NCBI GenBank assembly: GCA_001938485.1
Contig: MQRK01222116.1
Span: forward strand, 1-53,446
Reading direction: 5' to 3'
From: Girardia tigrina
Taxonomy: Eukaryota
Length of the DNA stretch: 53,446 bases
Shown here: one piece after another, positions 37,954-49,614 of the stretch
Position numbering within the stretch: position 1 is the stretch's first letter
How the letters are laid out: the number at the start of each line of letters is the position of its first letter
Notes under the pieces: generated by a model
What the model was told of the DNA's origin: nothing
The model's database searches: none
What the model saw: only the letters and a program-made list of their open reading frames with translations
Translations under genes and position numbers: made by a program

Positions 37954-38379
37954 CTGAATGATATTATACATTATTTTTAGCTCTTTTTAATAAACTTTCG
38001 AACTATTCAATTCAATTAAAAGACAATGTATTCATAAGGATTACCGAGCTATGATAAAACAAATGTATGATTTGTGTTATTATTTCAATTTTTTGAGTAT
38101 GGTAATTTTAAGTTAATAAACATTTAATTTTCAATTTCATTTATTAAATAAATAGATTCAATATTATTTGCTATGACTTTATTTAAATACCTTCAATTAA
38201 ATTCATTTTTCGAAGGTTTTATAAATTTCCTCAATGTCATTATCAAAGGACTGAATAGGTCATTTAAAGCCAAGGTTTGATAAACCAAACCTTTAATCAT
38301 ATTCCTATAATAATTATGATTAGAAAAAAATATTAGTTTTTGATAGACTCAAGTGGGGCAGCTGCTCTTGACCTGCTAC

Positions 38380-39201
38380 GAACGAGCTATCACCACCTGC
38401 TTGTGAAACTTGATCTAAAGCACTACCCTCCGCAACACGTGCCAATGCTCAGCGATTGCAACTTTGATAGACGATAAGAGTTTTCCAAAACGATTATGGA
38501 GAGATTCGACGCCGACCCTAATTTAATTGACCACATAGTGTGAACAAACGAATCTTTGTTTCACCTATCTGGAGCAGTATCACGACATAACAATGTTCGG
38601 TGGGGTCCAAAGAATCAACACGCTCAAGAGCAGTTCCTAAACTCTCGCCAGGGAATTATGGTGTAGTGTGGAGTAACTTCGGCAAGTGTCTTAGGACCTT
38701 ACTTCTTTGATGGTTCAGTCAATACTGATATATATCTACACCTGGCCTTATGTGAGATACAAGAGGCTTACAATCCAGCATGACGGCGCTCCTGTCCATT
38801 ACGCAGCTTCAGTACGACCAAAAGTTTCCTCAGTGGTGGATGGGTAGAGGTAGTCCAATGGAGTTACCTCCTCGTTCGCCTGACTTAACTGTGTGTGATT
38901 ACTTCTTCTGGGGCTACCTGAAGGAGCATGTATGTCACACAAGGCCTGCTACCATTGCTGGACTCCAAGACAAGATCGAGTACAAAATTAAAGAAATACC
39001 ACAGGACATAGTCAAAAGAGATGTCATGCAGCGTATGAGTGGCTTGAACAGGGAAAATAACTGCAAATATGATCCAATCAGAACATTCTCTGTATGTTGG
39101 CAGATACAGCTGTGCCATTAACTTTGCACTTTCTTTTATTTTGTCAGATATACATACAAAATTATTTCCTCCCATTACTTTTTTAATTTAAACACCTTAT
39201 A
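38380..39201 (+). mobile_element. Decayed DD41D (rosa/Visitor)-like transposase fragment
   Basis: IV*TNESLFHLSG, LGPYFFDG, QHDGAPVHYA and PPRSPDLTVCDYFFWGYLK motifs. Confidence 0.75.
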
Positions 39202-39872
39202 TGGTTGTCAGCGATAAAAATAAATAAACGCTTGCATTCATTTATATTCCAAGAAGTAAAATAGACATTATGAGGGGTTAATTTAAATTTCCATCTCGCC
39301 AGAATAATTTATTATTTTTTTAATTTAAATGTAAAATATTTTAATGTTAATATGCATATTAAATATTTTAAAAAATTAAAAAAGGATATAATAAAACAAC
39401 TATTAAAAAATCAAATACGTACTTAAAAATAAAATATGTTTTTAATGTGTTTTTTAAAAAATATTTCAAAACTTAAAAATGATATAATAAAAGAAAATTT
39501 TAAAAAATTAAATATCTATTTATAAATAAAAAATATTTTTACAGTCATAACAATTTATATATTTTAATAAAAATTATGAAACAATTTTAAATAAATTTGA
39601 AATTAAATTTTTTGTGAAAATGTGAAGATTATTTAATAAATTTGCAAAATTTTAGAAATTGAATCGAAAAATTTAATGGATTAATTCGTGGCGGGAAAAT
39701 TAAATTAACAGAAAAAAATTGTTTAAATGTGTGAATTTTTGTTATAGTAATAAATTTTGGTGTTAAAAAAATGAATCCTGATATTGAGGTTACAACCACT
39801 TCTCACAGACATGTTAAAAATATTAGTCAATTTTTGACCGATCATTCAAAAATGACAAGGGGTTAATATGGT

Positions 39873-40038
39873 AAGATGAATCACGTTGAACATTTAAGCA
39901 TGGTTTGAAACGCTTAATTAACATTGATTTAGTGATTATCCTCTCATTATAACTATAAAAATTTGTATAAACATTTTGATAATTATGAGATGATAATATT
40001 GTTTAAAACATGCTTAAATGTTCAAAATTATTCATCTA
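39873..40038. repeat. Short inverted-repeat (MITE-like) element
   Basis: AGATGAAT..TTGAACATTTAAGCATG / CATGCTTAAATGTTCAA..ATTCATCT. Confidence 0.55.
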
Positions 40039-40229
40039 ATTCTAAATTTTTTTTATTTTTTTTTAATTTCAATTGTTAGAAATTAAGAAGTCTAAAAATG
40101 AGCAATGTTGCGTAATAGTCTTTCGCTTAAAAAAATTACTTAAATTTGAAATTTTCCCTTCGTCACCTGACGATGTCGAAACTTAAAAAAAATATTTAGA
40201 AAAATCAAAATTCGAAAGCTAATTGAAAA

Positions 40230-40272
40230 TATTTATTAATTTCGACGGTTTAATCGTCATCGTCAGAACAAA
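40230..40272 (-). ncRNA. Minimal hammerhead ribozyme (left arm)
   Basis: Minus strand: TTGTT-CTGACGA-T-GACGAT(TAA)ACCGTC-GAAA-TTAA-TA^AATA; one stem II mismatch. Confidence 0.75.
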
Positions 40273-40347
40273 TGATTTTTCAAACGAAATTTACTTATAT
40301 AATGCAGTTAATGATTGTGCACTCAATACGTACAGAAAATTGAAAGC

Positions 40348-40686
40348 ATGTTCGGCAATAAATCTCCAACGCCATTGGGATTGTGTTCGGATATCATTTA
40401 CCAATATACATGTAATGGGTGTAACGCCACATATATTGGAGAGACTTCACGTCCTCTCTGTAAGAGAATCCAGGAACACAGTCGCAATGAAGGTGGAAGT
40501 AACATTGCAGGACACAGAAGACATTGTAAAGGAGATATAACTTCACAACACTTTAAAATTCTGTGTACTCAATTTAAAAATTATTGGGAGAGAGTGACAT
40601 GTGAAGCGTTATATATAAGATCTTTGGATCATAAAATTAACGTTCAAACTGCACTCTCTACAACTTTGTTGAGAGTTTTTAAATGA
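40348..40686 (+). CDS. Uninterrupted Penelope-type GIY-YIG endonuclease ORF (~112 aa from MFGNKS)
   Basis: IIYQYTCNGCNATYIGETSRPLCKRIQEH...H...C...FKIL...EALYI...IN: GIY/YIG motifs, catalytic R/E/N and CCHH zinc ligands. Confidence 0.75.
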   Translation: MFGNKSPTPLGLCSDIIYQYTCNGCNATYIGETSRPLCKRIQEHSRNEGGSNIAGHRRHCKGDITSQHFKILCTQFKNYWERVTCEALYIRSLDHKINVQTALSTTLLRVFK

Positions 40687-40750
40687 TGTACTGATTACGT
40701 ATTGATTGCACAGTCATTAACTATATAAGTAAATTTCGTTTGAAAAATCA

Positions 40751-40794
40751 TTTGTTCTGATGATGACGGTTAAACCGTCGAAATTAATAAATAT
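40751..40794 (+). ncRNA. Minimal hammerhead ribozyme (right arm)
   Basis: TTGTT-CTGATGA-T-GACGGT(TAA)ACCGTC-GAAA-TTAA-TA^AATA; perfect stem II, palindromic stem III. Confidence 0.85.
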
Positions 40795-42313
40795 TTTCAA
40801 TTGGCTTTCGAATTTCGATTTTAATAATCTGCCAATTTTTTTTCAATTTATTCACAATTTAGAAAAATAGTGGTTTTTTTGTTATATTTAATCAATTGCC
40901 TTTTTATATTTGAAAGGAAAACCTTCACATAAAAGACGTCTATTAAAAGTACATCATTTTTAAAGTTCTGTATTTTTACTTTCAGTAAAAAAAGTAAAAC
41001 TCAGTATTTTTAAATTGATTTTATTTAGAGTTTTATTTTTTTCTGAGGCAAAATATTATTCGTCATTTTTTAATTGTAGACAGCATTTACATTGTTATGC
41101 AGGAAAAGATTTTTCTGCAAGGTACATTACCATAAAGAACTTGTTAAAAATATATATGTTATATATAGACACGCAATTTAACATATTTTATAATTAAGTT
41201 TTCTTATTCTTAATTTGATGTTTTTATCTATTTGTGCAAATTTATAATTTATTAATCCATATAAATGCTGACACAAATAATGAATAAGAAAGTCGAAATT
41301 TTGAAGTTGTTGGAAAGTGGTAAAAGTATAATAACTACTGAAAAATTCAATGTTTCAAAAGGAACAGTACAATCAGGATAGGAGAAAAATAAGTATTTTG
41401 CCAAACATCAATTAAGAGGAACTTAAAATTTCTACAACTGGACTTAAATGTGATCAAACAGGGTGGCCCACAATTAAAGCAGTAAAATCAATTTATCGAA
41501 ATCTATTTTAAAAGAAAATGTGCATTTAAAATATTAAAATTTTAGTAAAAAAGTTTTTCGAAGTGCTTTCTTTCTGATGCAATGACGTTTTGAGTTCTTT
41601 TATTAAACCCGTCATTGACTTTCACCAATATTTTATAGTGTTCATTGTCCAAATTTTGTCAACCATGTACCCAGGTGGTTGATTAATGCAAGAAAATTTT
41701 GTATCCTATAGCAGGTCAAATTTTAAAGAAAAGGCGTTAAAGGTACAATAAAATTAGAAAAGGTGAAAATAAATTTACTCCCAGGGATTGGCTGTAAAAG
41801 TGGAAAACAAGAAACGCCATAAAAATATGTTTGGATTAAAAAGAATTAACAAAAAAAAATAAAACTAGGGAAAATAATTTGATTGGTGATAACTAAAACC
41901 AATTTTTCGGTTTATTTTGAGTTAGGCTACCCGTGAACAACAGTGTATAATGATAACTAAATTTTCATAGCGCTTATTAGAATGAATAAGACTAATAAGT
42001 ATAATCACACCAAAAAAGTTTTTGGTGTACAAGCTTTTATAATTTGTCATATGTTTGCGGTTCTGTATCTATTTCACCCACTTCCCATATTTTTTTGACT
42101 GAATTATCAAAGCCTACTTGGCGAAAACCCGCTTTTTATTTGCATTTAGATGTAGCGAATTTCAAAGCCTACTACTGAGGAAAACATGAGAACGACACTT
42201 TAATTACTTTTTGCGGCCAAAATAAAGGCGGTAGATGAGCAGTGACAGTGAAAACGTGTATTGTCACCTAGAATATATCAGTCGTGAAAGTTTCATTCCG
42301 CTAGGTGAACGGG

Positions 42314-42390
42314 AAGTGGGTGAATCTTCGATCGCAAGATTTGATACATCCAGACAGACAAACAAATGAAACGTAATAGAAGCTTGTAAA
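42314..42390. repeat. Dispersed repeat with a CAGA tract; second copy at ~43923-44004
   Basis: AAGTGGGTGAAT.TTCGATCGCAAGATTTGAT.CATCCAGACAGA...TGAAACGTAATA.AAGCTTGTAAA occurs twice. Confidence 0.7.
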
Positions 42391-42681
42391 AAGGTTGCTC
42401 GTTTCTTTTGTACCCCCAATGGCCAGGATAAGATTATAAGACGTCCAGTTGAACCTGCTCGTCAGAAACTGATCCCAAAGATCAGATTTCATAGAGATAA
42501 TAATGTATATTCCTTTAACATTATATTTTTAAAATATAATTTCTGATTTTAGACGAAAAATATATTTTTCCTTATCTATCGTGAGAGTATTTTAATCGTA
42601 TTTATATTCAAATTTAATGACTTATCGAAAACATTCCCCAAAAGTGACTCAATTCCGCAACGCGGATAATTAATACTATAA

Positions 42682-43918
42682 TATTAGGTTGATCGAAAAA
42701 TAATGGCGGTTTTGGGACACAAACTTCAAAGACGTGCAAATACACGGAAACAAAAGTTTATTAATCAAAGTATGAACCGTTGGCATCAATACATTTTTGC
42801 CAACGAGAAACAAGTTATTTTATTCCATCAGCATAAAATGCATCGGTTCTCGAAGCGACGAATTCNNNNNNNNNNNNNNNNNNNNNNNNNNNNNNNNNNN
42901 NNNNNNNNNNNNNNNNNNNNNNNNNNNNNNNNNNNNNNNNNNNNNNNNNNNNNNNNNNNNNNNNNNNNNNNNNNNNNNNNNNNNNNNNNNNNNNNNNNNN
43001 NNNNNNNNNNNNNNNNNNNNNNNNNNNNNNNNNNNNNNNNNNNNNNNNNNNNNNNNNNNNNNNNNNNNNNNNNNNNNNNNNNNNNNNNNNNNNNNNNNNN
43101 NNNNNNNNNNNNNNNNNNNNNNNNNNNNNNNNNNNNNNNNNNNNNNNNNNNNNNNNNNNNNNNNNNNNNNNNNNNNNNNNNNNNNNNNNNNNNNNNNNNN
43201 NNNNNNNNNNNNNNNNNNNNNNNNNNNNNNNNNNNNNNNNNNNNNNNNNNNNNNNNNNNNNNNNNNNNNNNNNNNNNNNNNNNNNNNNNNNNNNNNNNNN
43301 NNNNNNNNNNNNNNNNNNNNNNNNNNNNNNNNNNNNNNNNNNNNNNNNNNNNNNNNNNNNNNNNNNNNNNNNNNNNNNNNNNNNNNNNNNNNNNNNNNNN
43401 NNNNNNNNNNNNNNNNNNNNNNNNNNNNNNNNNNNNNNNNNNNNNNNNNNNNNNNNNNNNNNNNNNNNNNNNNNNNNNNNNNNNNNNNNNNNNNNNNNNN
43501 NNNNNNNNNNNNNNNNNNNNNNNNNNNNNNNNNNNNNNNNNNNNNNNNNNNNNNNNNNNNNNNNNNNNNNNNNNNNNNNNNNNNNNNNNNNNNNNNNNNN
43601 NNNNNNNNNNNNNNNNNNNNNNNNNNNNNNNNNNNNNNNNNNNNNNNNNNNNNNNNNNNNNNNNNNNNNNNNNNNNNNNNNNNNNNNNNNNNNNNNNNNN
43701 NNNNNNNNNNNNNNNNNNNNNNNNNNNNNNNNNNNNNNNNNNNNNNNNNNNNNTAAAAAATAACAGCAATATGTTAATAATGGCTATAGGAATATACAGC
43801 TGGGCATAAGATTTCAAATAATATCTAACACTAATGCATTTAAACTTGTATACATATCAAAGTAGATAAACAAAGTATAAAGCTCAAAAACCGCCATTAT
43901 TTTTCGACCAATCTAATA
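42682..43918 (-). mobile_element. mariner, interior mostly N-gap
   Basis: TIRs TTAGGTTGATCGAAAAATAATGGCGGTTTTG / CAAAAACCGCCATTATTTTTCGACCAATCTAA; C-terminus FYADGIK*LVSRWQKCIDANGSYFD*. Confidence 0.88.
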
Positions 43919-46049
43919 CTATAAGTGGGTGAATTTTCGATCGCAAGATTTGATGCATCCAGACAGAAAAAACAAACAAATGAAACGTAATAAAAGCTTG
44001 TAAATATAGAAAAATAAAAAATAAATACAAAAAATGGAATAGAATATTAGAATTTACTTGTAACATTTAATGAGAAAGTCAAACAAAAGCTGATTTTCGT
44101 AAGAAAAAAGATAGTCGATAATATGCTGATTGTCGCTGTCATTGTCGATCGCTGTTTTGTCACAGACGACTCCATAAATGTCATTGACAAACTGCACCGA
44201 GTCACTCAATTCCGGTAAATGCCACATCGATCGGAATCTAGACGGAAAATGACGGCTTTTATATTTTTTTTATATTTTTACTCAGTATTTTTTACAATCA
44301 ACAATAATAAAGTATAAATAACTTTTTTTTATAAATTAAAAAAAATAAAACAACGATTTTTGGAATAAAAACTTTAATTAGATCACACACGACTTTTAGG
44401 TTTTCCAAAAAAATATAGGGTACCCCACAACTACGCGAACCAATATAATGCTAGGCGCGGAAGCCATAATGAATCCAAGAAATTAAATAACACAAAAAAT
44501 ATATTCTCAACAATATTTTTCAAATATTCATTTTGATTCAAAAGAATCTCCATGTGCTGAGATGCAGGCTTGCAGACATTTTGGAAAAGTATTGCCAGTG
44601 ATAGAAATGTATGGAATATTGAGCCCTTCCAAAGTGAATTCTTACGTGAATCAAGATTTGAATGGGGCTTAAATCCGGGTCCTCTAAACACACTCAGAAC
44701 GCTGTAATCCGAAAGGTGATGATGCCGGCTAATTATTAAAATTGATGAAATCTGAAGTTTTTTAGCACCATTCCTGAACGATTTGGCCTTCTTGCAAACA
44801 AGAAATTCGATTTCCTAAATGGTTTGAGCCAAAAATTTCGTCTGCAAAATTTGACTTCAATAAATATTGATTCTTTGATATACAAAACTAGGTAACGTTT
44901 TTTCACTCGCAGTGATATCCGATAAGACTGTCAACACTTTTGTTTAATTGTCGCATTTGGTTTTGATTTGGCGTAAATTCAGTCATAATGTTTTTTGAAA
45001 CATTTTTTTCAAACTTTTACATTAGTGAAGAATGCTATGATGGTCAATTCCTATAAAATGATGGTGCAACAGGCCTGATTGATTATTGAAAACAAAAGAG
45101 ATTGTAATCAACTGCGGAGAAAGAGTTCAAAAATACAATAAGAGACACCATTGCTAATCAAGGTTTGAATTCGACAATAGAAGAGAGGAAAGAGCTGAAA
45201 GAACAGATACAAATGTTAAATGACACAAGCGCGTACACAGGGGGGATTAGGGGGATAAATCCCCCCGAACAGTTTGAATGATGATCTTAAGTACGTAAGA
45301 ATAAGTTATAATGTTTAAAATTTTATTATGTGAACAAACTAAAATAAAAAATATTTTGCAAATTAAAAATATCCACCGAAAAAAGTGAATTATTATCTTA
45401 ATTACATAAGTTTTTTTTTTACTTAATAAGAATAAGAATAATTTAAAATGTTTAGGTTTTAAAGAATACAAAATGTCAATTACAAATTCACAAGTTGTAA
45501 TCGTAATCTTAAATTTCAGTATATCCTGTAATTTACAGGATATCACTTTTTCTACCTTTTCATGATTTTTTCACATCTCAAATTCACAATAGATTCTTAA
45601 AGCACCGAAAAGTTTTGCAGAGCATAGAAATTTTTCTTCCTCTAAATATTAAAAATGCTGCAGATAACAAAATCCTACTATCCACAGAAGCCATTAATGA
45701 ACAATGGCCAAATGATATTAGTTGCACTAAAGAAGTCTTTTTTGGAGAAGTGATGATGTTGAGGCATCATTGTATTAATCAGAAATATCTTTCCATGGAC
45801 TTTATTCATTGCTTGAATATTTGTAACTTTCATTTATATCCAACGATTCACAATAGGCTGAAGTTATTTGCAACTTTACCAGTAACAACAGCCACGGCTG
45901 AACGATATTTTTCTACTTTACGCAGAATCAAGATCTACTTATGAAACACAACATCAGAGCAGAGATTTAATGGTTTAGCTATTATGAACATTTACAAGGA
46001 ATTTCATTTTTAATTTCATTTCATTTCTAAATCATACAAAATTCAAAGT

Positions 46050-46388
46050 ATGTTCAGCAATAAATCTCGTACTACTTTGAGTTTATGTTCCAATCTGGTT
46101 TATCAATTTTCGTGTATTGGGGACAATGCTACATACATTGGAGAAACGTCTCGTCATCTCTGTAAACGGATTCAGGAGCATGGACGATTGGGTAATGGAA
46201 GTAATATTGCTGGGCATATGAAGGTTTGTAGATCGGAGGTGAAAACAACTAATTTTAAAATATTGTGCAGTAACTTTAAAAATTATTGGGAAAGAGTTAC
46301 CTGTGAGGCATTATTGATTGAATCACTTAATTCGTCCATCAATATCCAAACAAGCCTTTCTTCCAATTTGTTAAAAATATTTAATTAG
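46050..46388 (+). CDS. Uninterrupted Penelope-type GIY-YIG endonuclease ORF (112 aa)
   Basis: LVYQFSCIGDNATYIGETSRHLCKRIQEH...EALLIESLNSSIN; paralogous to 40348-40686; second Cys replaced by Asp. Confidence 0.7.
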   Translation: MFSNKSRTTLSLCSNLVYQFSCIGDNATYIGETSRHLCKRIQEHGRLGNGSNIAGHMKVCRSEVKTTNFKILCSNFKNYWERVTCEALLIESLNSSINIQTSLSSNLLKIFN

Positions 46389-46455
46389 TTATTACGCAAG
46401 ATGTTTGCATAATTATCAATTTGCTATATATAAGACAGCGAAATTGTTGTTAATT

Positions 46456-46497
46456 CAGCTTGAAGATGGTGGAAAATCCACCGAAATATATTGCGAC
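46456..46497 (+). ncRNA. Variant minimal hammerhead
   Basis: GC-TTGAAGA-T-GGTGGA(AAA)TCCACC-GAAA-TATA-TT^GC; C-to-T change at the first core base. Confidence 0.65.
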
Positions 46498-46665
46498 AAT
46501 AAAATTTGGTTTTAATGGCATTCTTGATTTTACAGGGAATTATATGCTTCTTTAGAGACGGACGAAGTTTTAGACACTATGGCGAAGAACCCAAGAAGAC
46601 ATACTTCTATAATTATTTTATAAATGTAAGTAATTTTATATCTAATAAAAGTTTTTCAATCCCAA

Positions 46666-46670
<5 letters not shown>

Positions 46671-46710
<40 letters not shown>
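46671..46710. repeat. (TA)n microsatellite
   Basis: Direct reading. Confidence 0.9.
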
Positions 46711-46743
46711 ACGTATAAATATAATTATTGATCAAAAGCTAAC

Positions 46744-47150
46744 TTGCTATTGGAAATAGAATTGAGTTCTTTATTTGTTTTAAACTCAAACGAGCTGAAT
46801 ATCGAATATATCAATTCAGAACAGAGCTCAGACTGGAGAGTTGTACAGCATCTTGCACATTTATCTGTCTCCCGTTTTTCCGGAAGCCAGGTCACAAATT
46901 TCGGTATAGATTTAATCATTATACTTCTATGAAGAGAGTTGCGATTGTTATTATTATTTGATTGATGCTTATCGACTGATAATCGACACAAATCGATGTG
47001 ATTTGGAGATTGTTTGATGGACTTCAGAATTTTTTTAATCTCTACATCACACCTCTCGTCACGCCATAACAAAAGATAACTTAAATATTCAACAAAAAAT
47101 AACTCAATATCGTTATAAACAATCGGTTGATTATTTAGTATCGAAAGTAT
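46744..47150 (-). CDS. Coding exon of the host gene (most 5' exon that is well supported)
   Basis: ttttttcag acceptor at 47151-47152; open frame ILSILNNQPIVYNDIELFFVEYLSYLLLWRDERCD...ISNS; AA|GTTAGC donor in phase 2 joins 37953. Confidence 0.7.
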
Positions 47151-48167
47151 CTGAAAAAAATAAGTTTAATTTGTACGGTCATATTGTCATAGAGCTCCAA
47201 TCAAGAAAGAATTTTTTTCAAATCTTTATTTTAATATCATATGTTAAAGTATTTTTCTTACGTTTTATATGAACACTTGAAAAATATTTATTTTTTACTT
47301 GTTTTGAAATATTTGTTTATAATTATTGTAAAATGATAACTGTTTAAATGTTTTTAAATTAATAAAAAATAAAGGCTTCATAAAGACATGACTTATATTC
47401 TATTAATAAATAATTGTTGGATCATTCGTATTTTAAGATAAAAATTTTGGAAGAGTCACCGCCCTTTATTGAATGCAGTATCTATGAACAGATCTAAAAA
47501 ATAATTTACAAATACATAAAATATTTTTTTTAATTCTTTAATTTTACGTTGTACCTAGGATAGTCATCTTGACAAATTATGGGTTCGATAAAAAGCAAAC
47601 TATTTGTATCATTATACCTGGAAGTTGTAGCAAAGGGTAAAACCGGGTTTAAAAGGGAAATCCGCCCCGTGGGTTTTTCGATTTGCACTTGGGGAATGGT
47701 TCTGAAATGAACTAAAGATAATTCAGCCAAATTTTCAGCTTTTTATCCCAAACGGTTTTCCAGTATTAAAAAAACGTTTTTCGATTTTATTTTTTTAATA
47801 GTAAAATTCAAAATAATTCTATAACGATTTTTTCATAATTCTTATAAGTAAAAGACATTTAAAAAATATTACTGTAAATCTCAGGTGGAAATTCAATTTT
47901 TAAAAAAAGAAATAAAATTTAATTTAATTTTTTGACCACGTTTTTGAAGTATCTACCGCCAATTTCTTTTAGAAAATGTCTTTTTTACTCCATTACATTC
48001 ATAATAAATTAAAAAACAGGAAAAAAAATTCCAATTTAAATTATTCAATTTTAAAAATAAAAAATTATTCATATATAAAATACATTAAGCATACCAGGAA
48101 AAATAGGAAATAAATTTTTTAACATTTTAAAATATTTTTTATAAGTCAGTGAAGTTATAGTGGTTAC

Positions 48168-49055
48168 TAAGGAATGCAAAATACCGGTATTGGTCATGAA
48201 AAATGAAACTGTTTAAAAATCAGTCATGAATTATAAAAATGACAGTATTTTTTCTAATTATATTAAGTATTTAAGGGTAAGACCATCTAATTATTCAAAA
48301 ACTAATTAATTAATACTTTTGGTTCAAAAAATATTATCACAAGAAGATCAAAAGAATATGATCAAAACTTATTAACTAATTATATTGATTCAAAAGATAT
48401 GAGCGCAAGAAGCACAAACAATGAAAAGTAGAGTGATTCATTCTGGATCTTATTTTGGTACAAAAAAACCCCTGCAGAAAAAGGCTCTTTCGCTTCAACA
48501 CTTGATGGATCAATTGCCAATAGAAATAAAAATTCAAAATGTTTTCCACTGATATTTTGCTCCATAAAAAGTTTTAGTTCTGTTTTGAGGCTGTTTTGAC
48601 ATTTTGTTAGAGCCTTTAAGCTTCAGTACTATCGGTTACTCTTGCAAGACCAAGATTCCAATGAAAATTTATTGTTCATGTAACCACGGTAATTAATAGA
48701 CGACTACTCATGGAAAGTGAGGCTAAATTTCAGATTTTCAAATTTGTGAGATAGAAAATCTTTAATGATTTCTTCACATATTTGTTCCCTGTAATCCATT
48801 ACCATTTTTAAATAGTATTTAGAAATTTTGGAATGATACCCTTATATTGGTGTATATTATATGTCATTTGAAGAGCAAAAAAAGATTGAATGGTAAAGAA
48901 TCTTTAGCTACCATACGGGGAATAGTACCAGCTAAAGAGTCATCCATTTTCTTCTTGAAGTGATTTGTAATTTTATTCGAATACTTTATGAATTCGAATT
49001 TTCTTTCCAAATACCGGTAATATCGGTTTTGGTAATACCGGTATTGAAAACCCTA
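48168..49055 (-). mobile_element. Decayed hAT element
   Basis: AATACCGGTATT subterminal motifs at both ends, terminus ...GAAAACCCTA; LLAIDPSSVEAKEPFS (degenerate SVEAERxFS). Confidence 0.65.
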
Positions 49056-49244
49056 ATTGTTATGTAATCAATAAATATGCTTTTGAGTACGGTTAGGTTA
49101 CTTTAAAATTTTTAGATATTTTTCCTGGTATACTTATAATATTGTATATATTGTCATATTTTTTTATATTTGCTTGGACCACTACGAAACTACCCATCAA
49201 AAGTTTTATATTTTGGAATAACATTTAAACTCAGTGTTGGGCCA

Positions 49245-49397
49245 AAAATGATCGCACTTTCTACGAGTTGTCAGAGAAATGGCAAATGGTCATTGAACAA
49301 ATTGGAAATTTCATCATAAATTAAAGTTCATTCCAAGTAAAAAAAACTCTTTGAATTCATTGAACAAATCGCAATTACTAAGTTACCAACCAAATAA
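49245..49397 (+). mobile_element. mariner 3' end fragment
   Basis: LSEKWQMVIEQIG followed by TIR-like CGCAATTACTAAGTTACCAACCAAATA. Confidence 0.6.
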
Positions 49398-49614
49398 TAA
49401 AAAGATGAATTTAAAAAACTGAGAAAAGAGAATGATTTATTTTCCAAATTAAACATAACTTTTAGAAAAGAATTTATAACCTGGGATGCTGCCCGTACCC
49501 CACCCGTACGCGTAATTTGAGGCCTTACTAAGTATCTGACTAAGTAGTTAATTTTAAAATTCTAATAAAATAAATATTGATTTAATAGCATCTTAATAAA
49601 ATAAATATCAATAT

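Larger units (their letters stand above)
40201..40822 (+). mobile_element. Penelope-derived unit: GIY-YIG ORF between ~130-bp inverted pLTR repeats
   Basis: 40201-40333 is the reverse complement of ~40691-40822 (a few mismatches and one 5-bp indel); each arm carries a hammerhead. Confidence 0.9.
46004..46528 (+). mobile_element. Penelope-like 3' module (GIY-YIG plus hammerhead) with ~13-bp TSD
   Basis: TTTACAAGGAATT (45991-46003) and TTTACAGGGAATT (46529-46541) flank the insert. Confidence 0.85.
45225..46660 (+). mobile_element. hAT derivative (C-terminal dimerisation domain) interrupted by a Penelope insertion
   Basis: LFATLPVTTATAERYFSTLRRIK...RFNGLAIMNIY, resuming after 46541 as LETDEVLDTMAKNPRR; G-rich left end at 45225. 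Confidence 0.8.

Noticed and set aside
9759-38730. TGA read as Trp (alternative genetic code), suggested by many TGG-to-TGA changes in transposases
   Set aside because: TGG-to-TAG changes and frameshifts occur as well, and host exons use TGG; this fits ordinary G-to-A decay
40165-40185. CTGACGA-TGTC-GAAAC as an additional hammerhead
   Set aside because: No stem II or stem III can form; at best a deleted remnant
44640-44720. tRNA or tRNA-derived SINE head on the minus strand
   Set aside because: Only a loose B-box-like motif; no cloverleaf or convincing A-box
47547-47616. Possible further upstream host exon (YNDTNSLLFIEPIICQDDYPR)
   Set aside because: Splice sites are plausible but the exon is short, the donor is ambiguous and it abuts a TE end; not enough support to call
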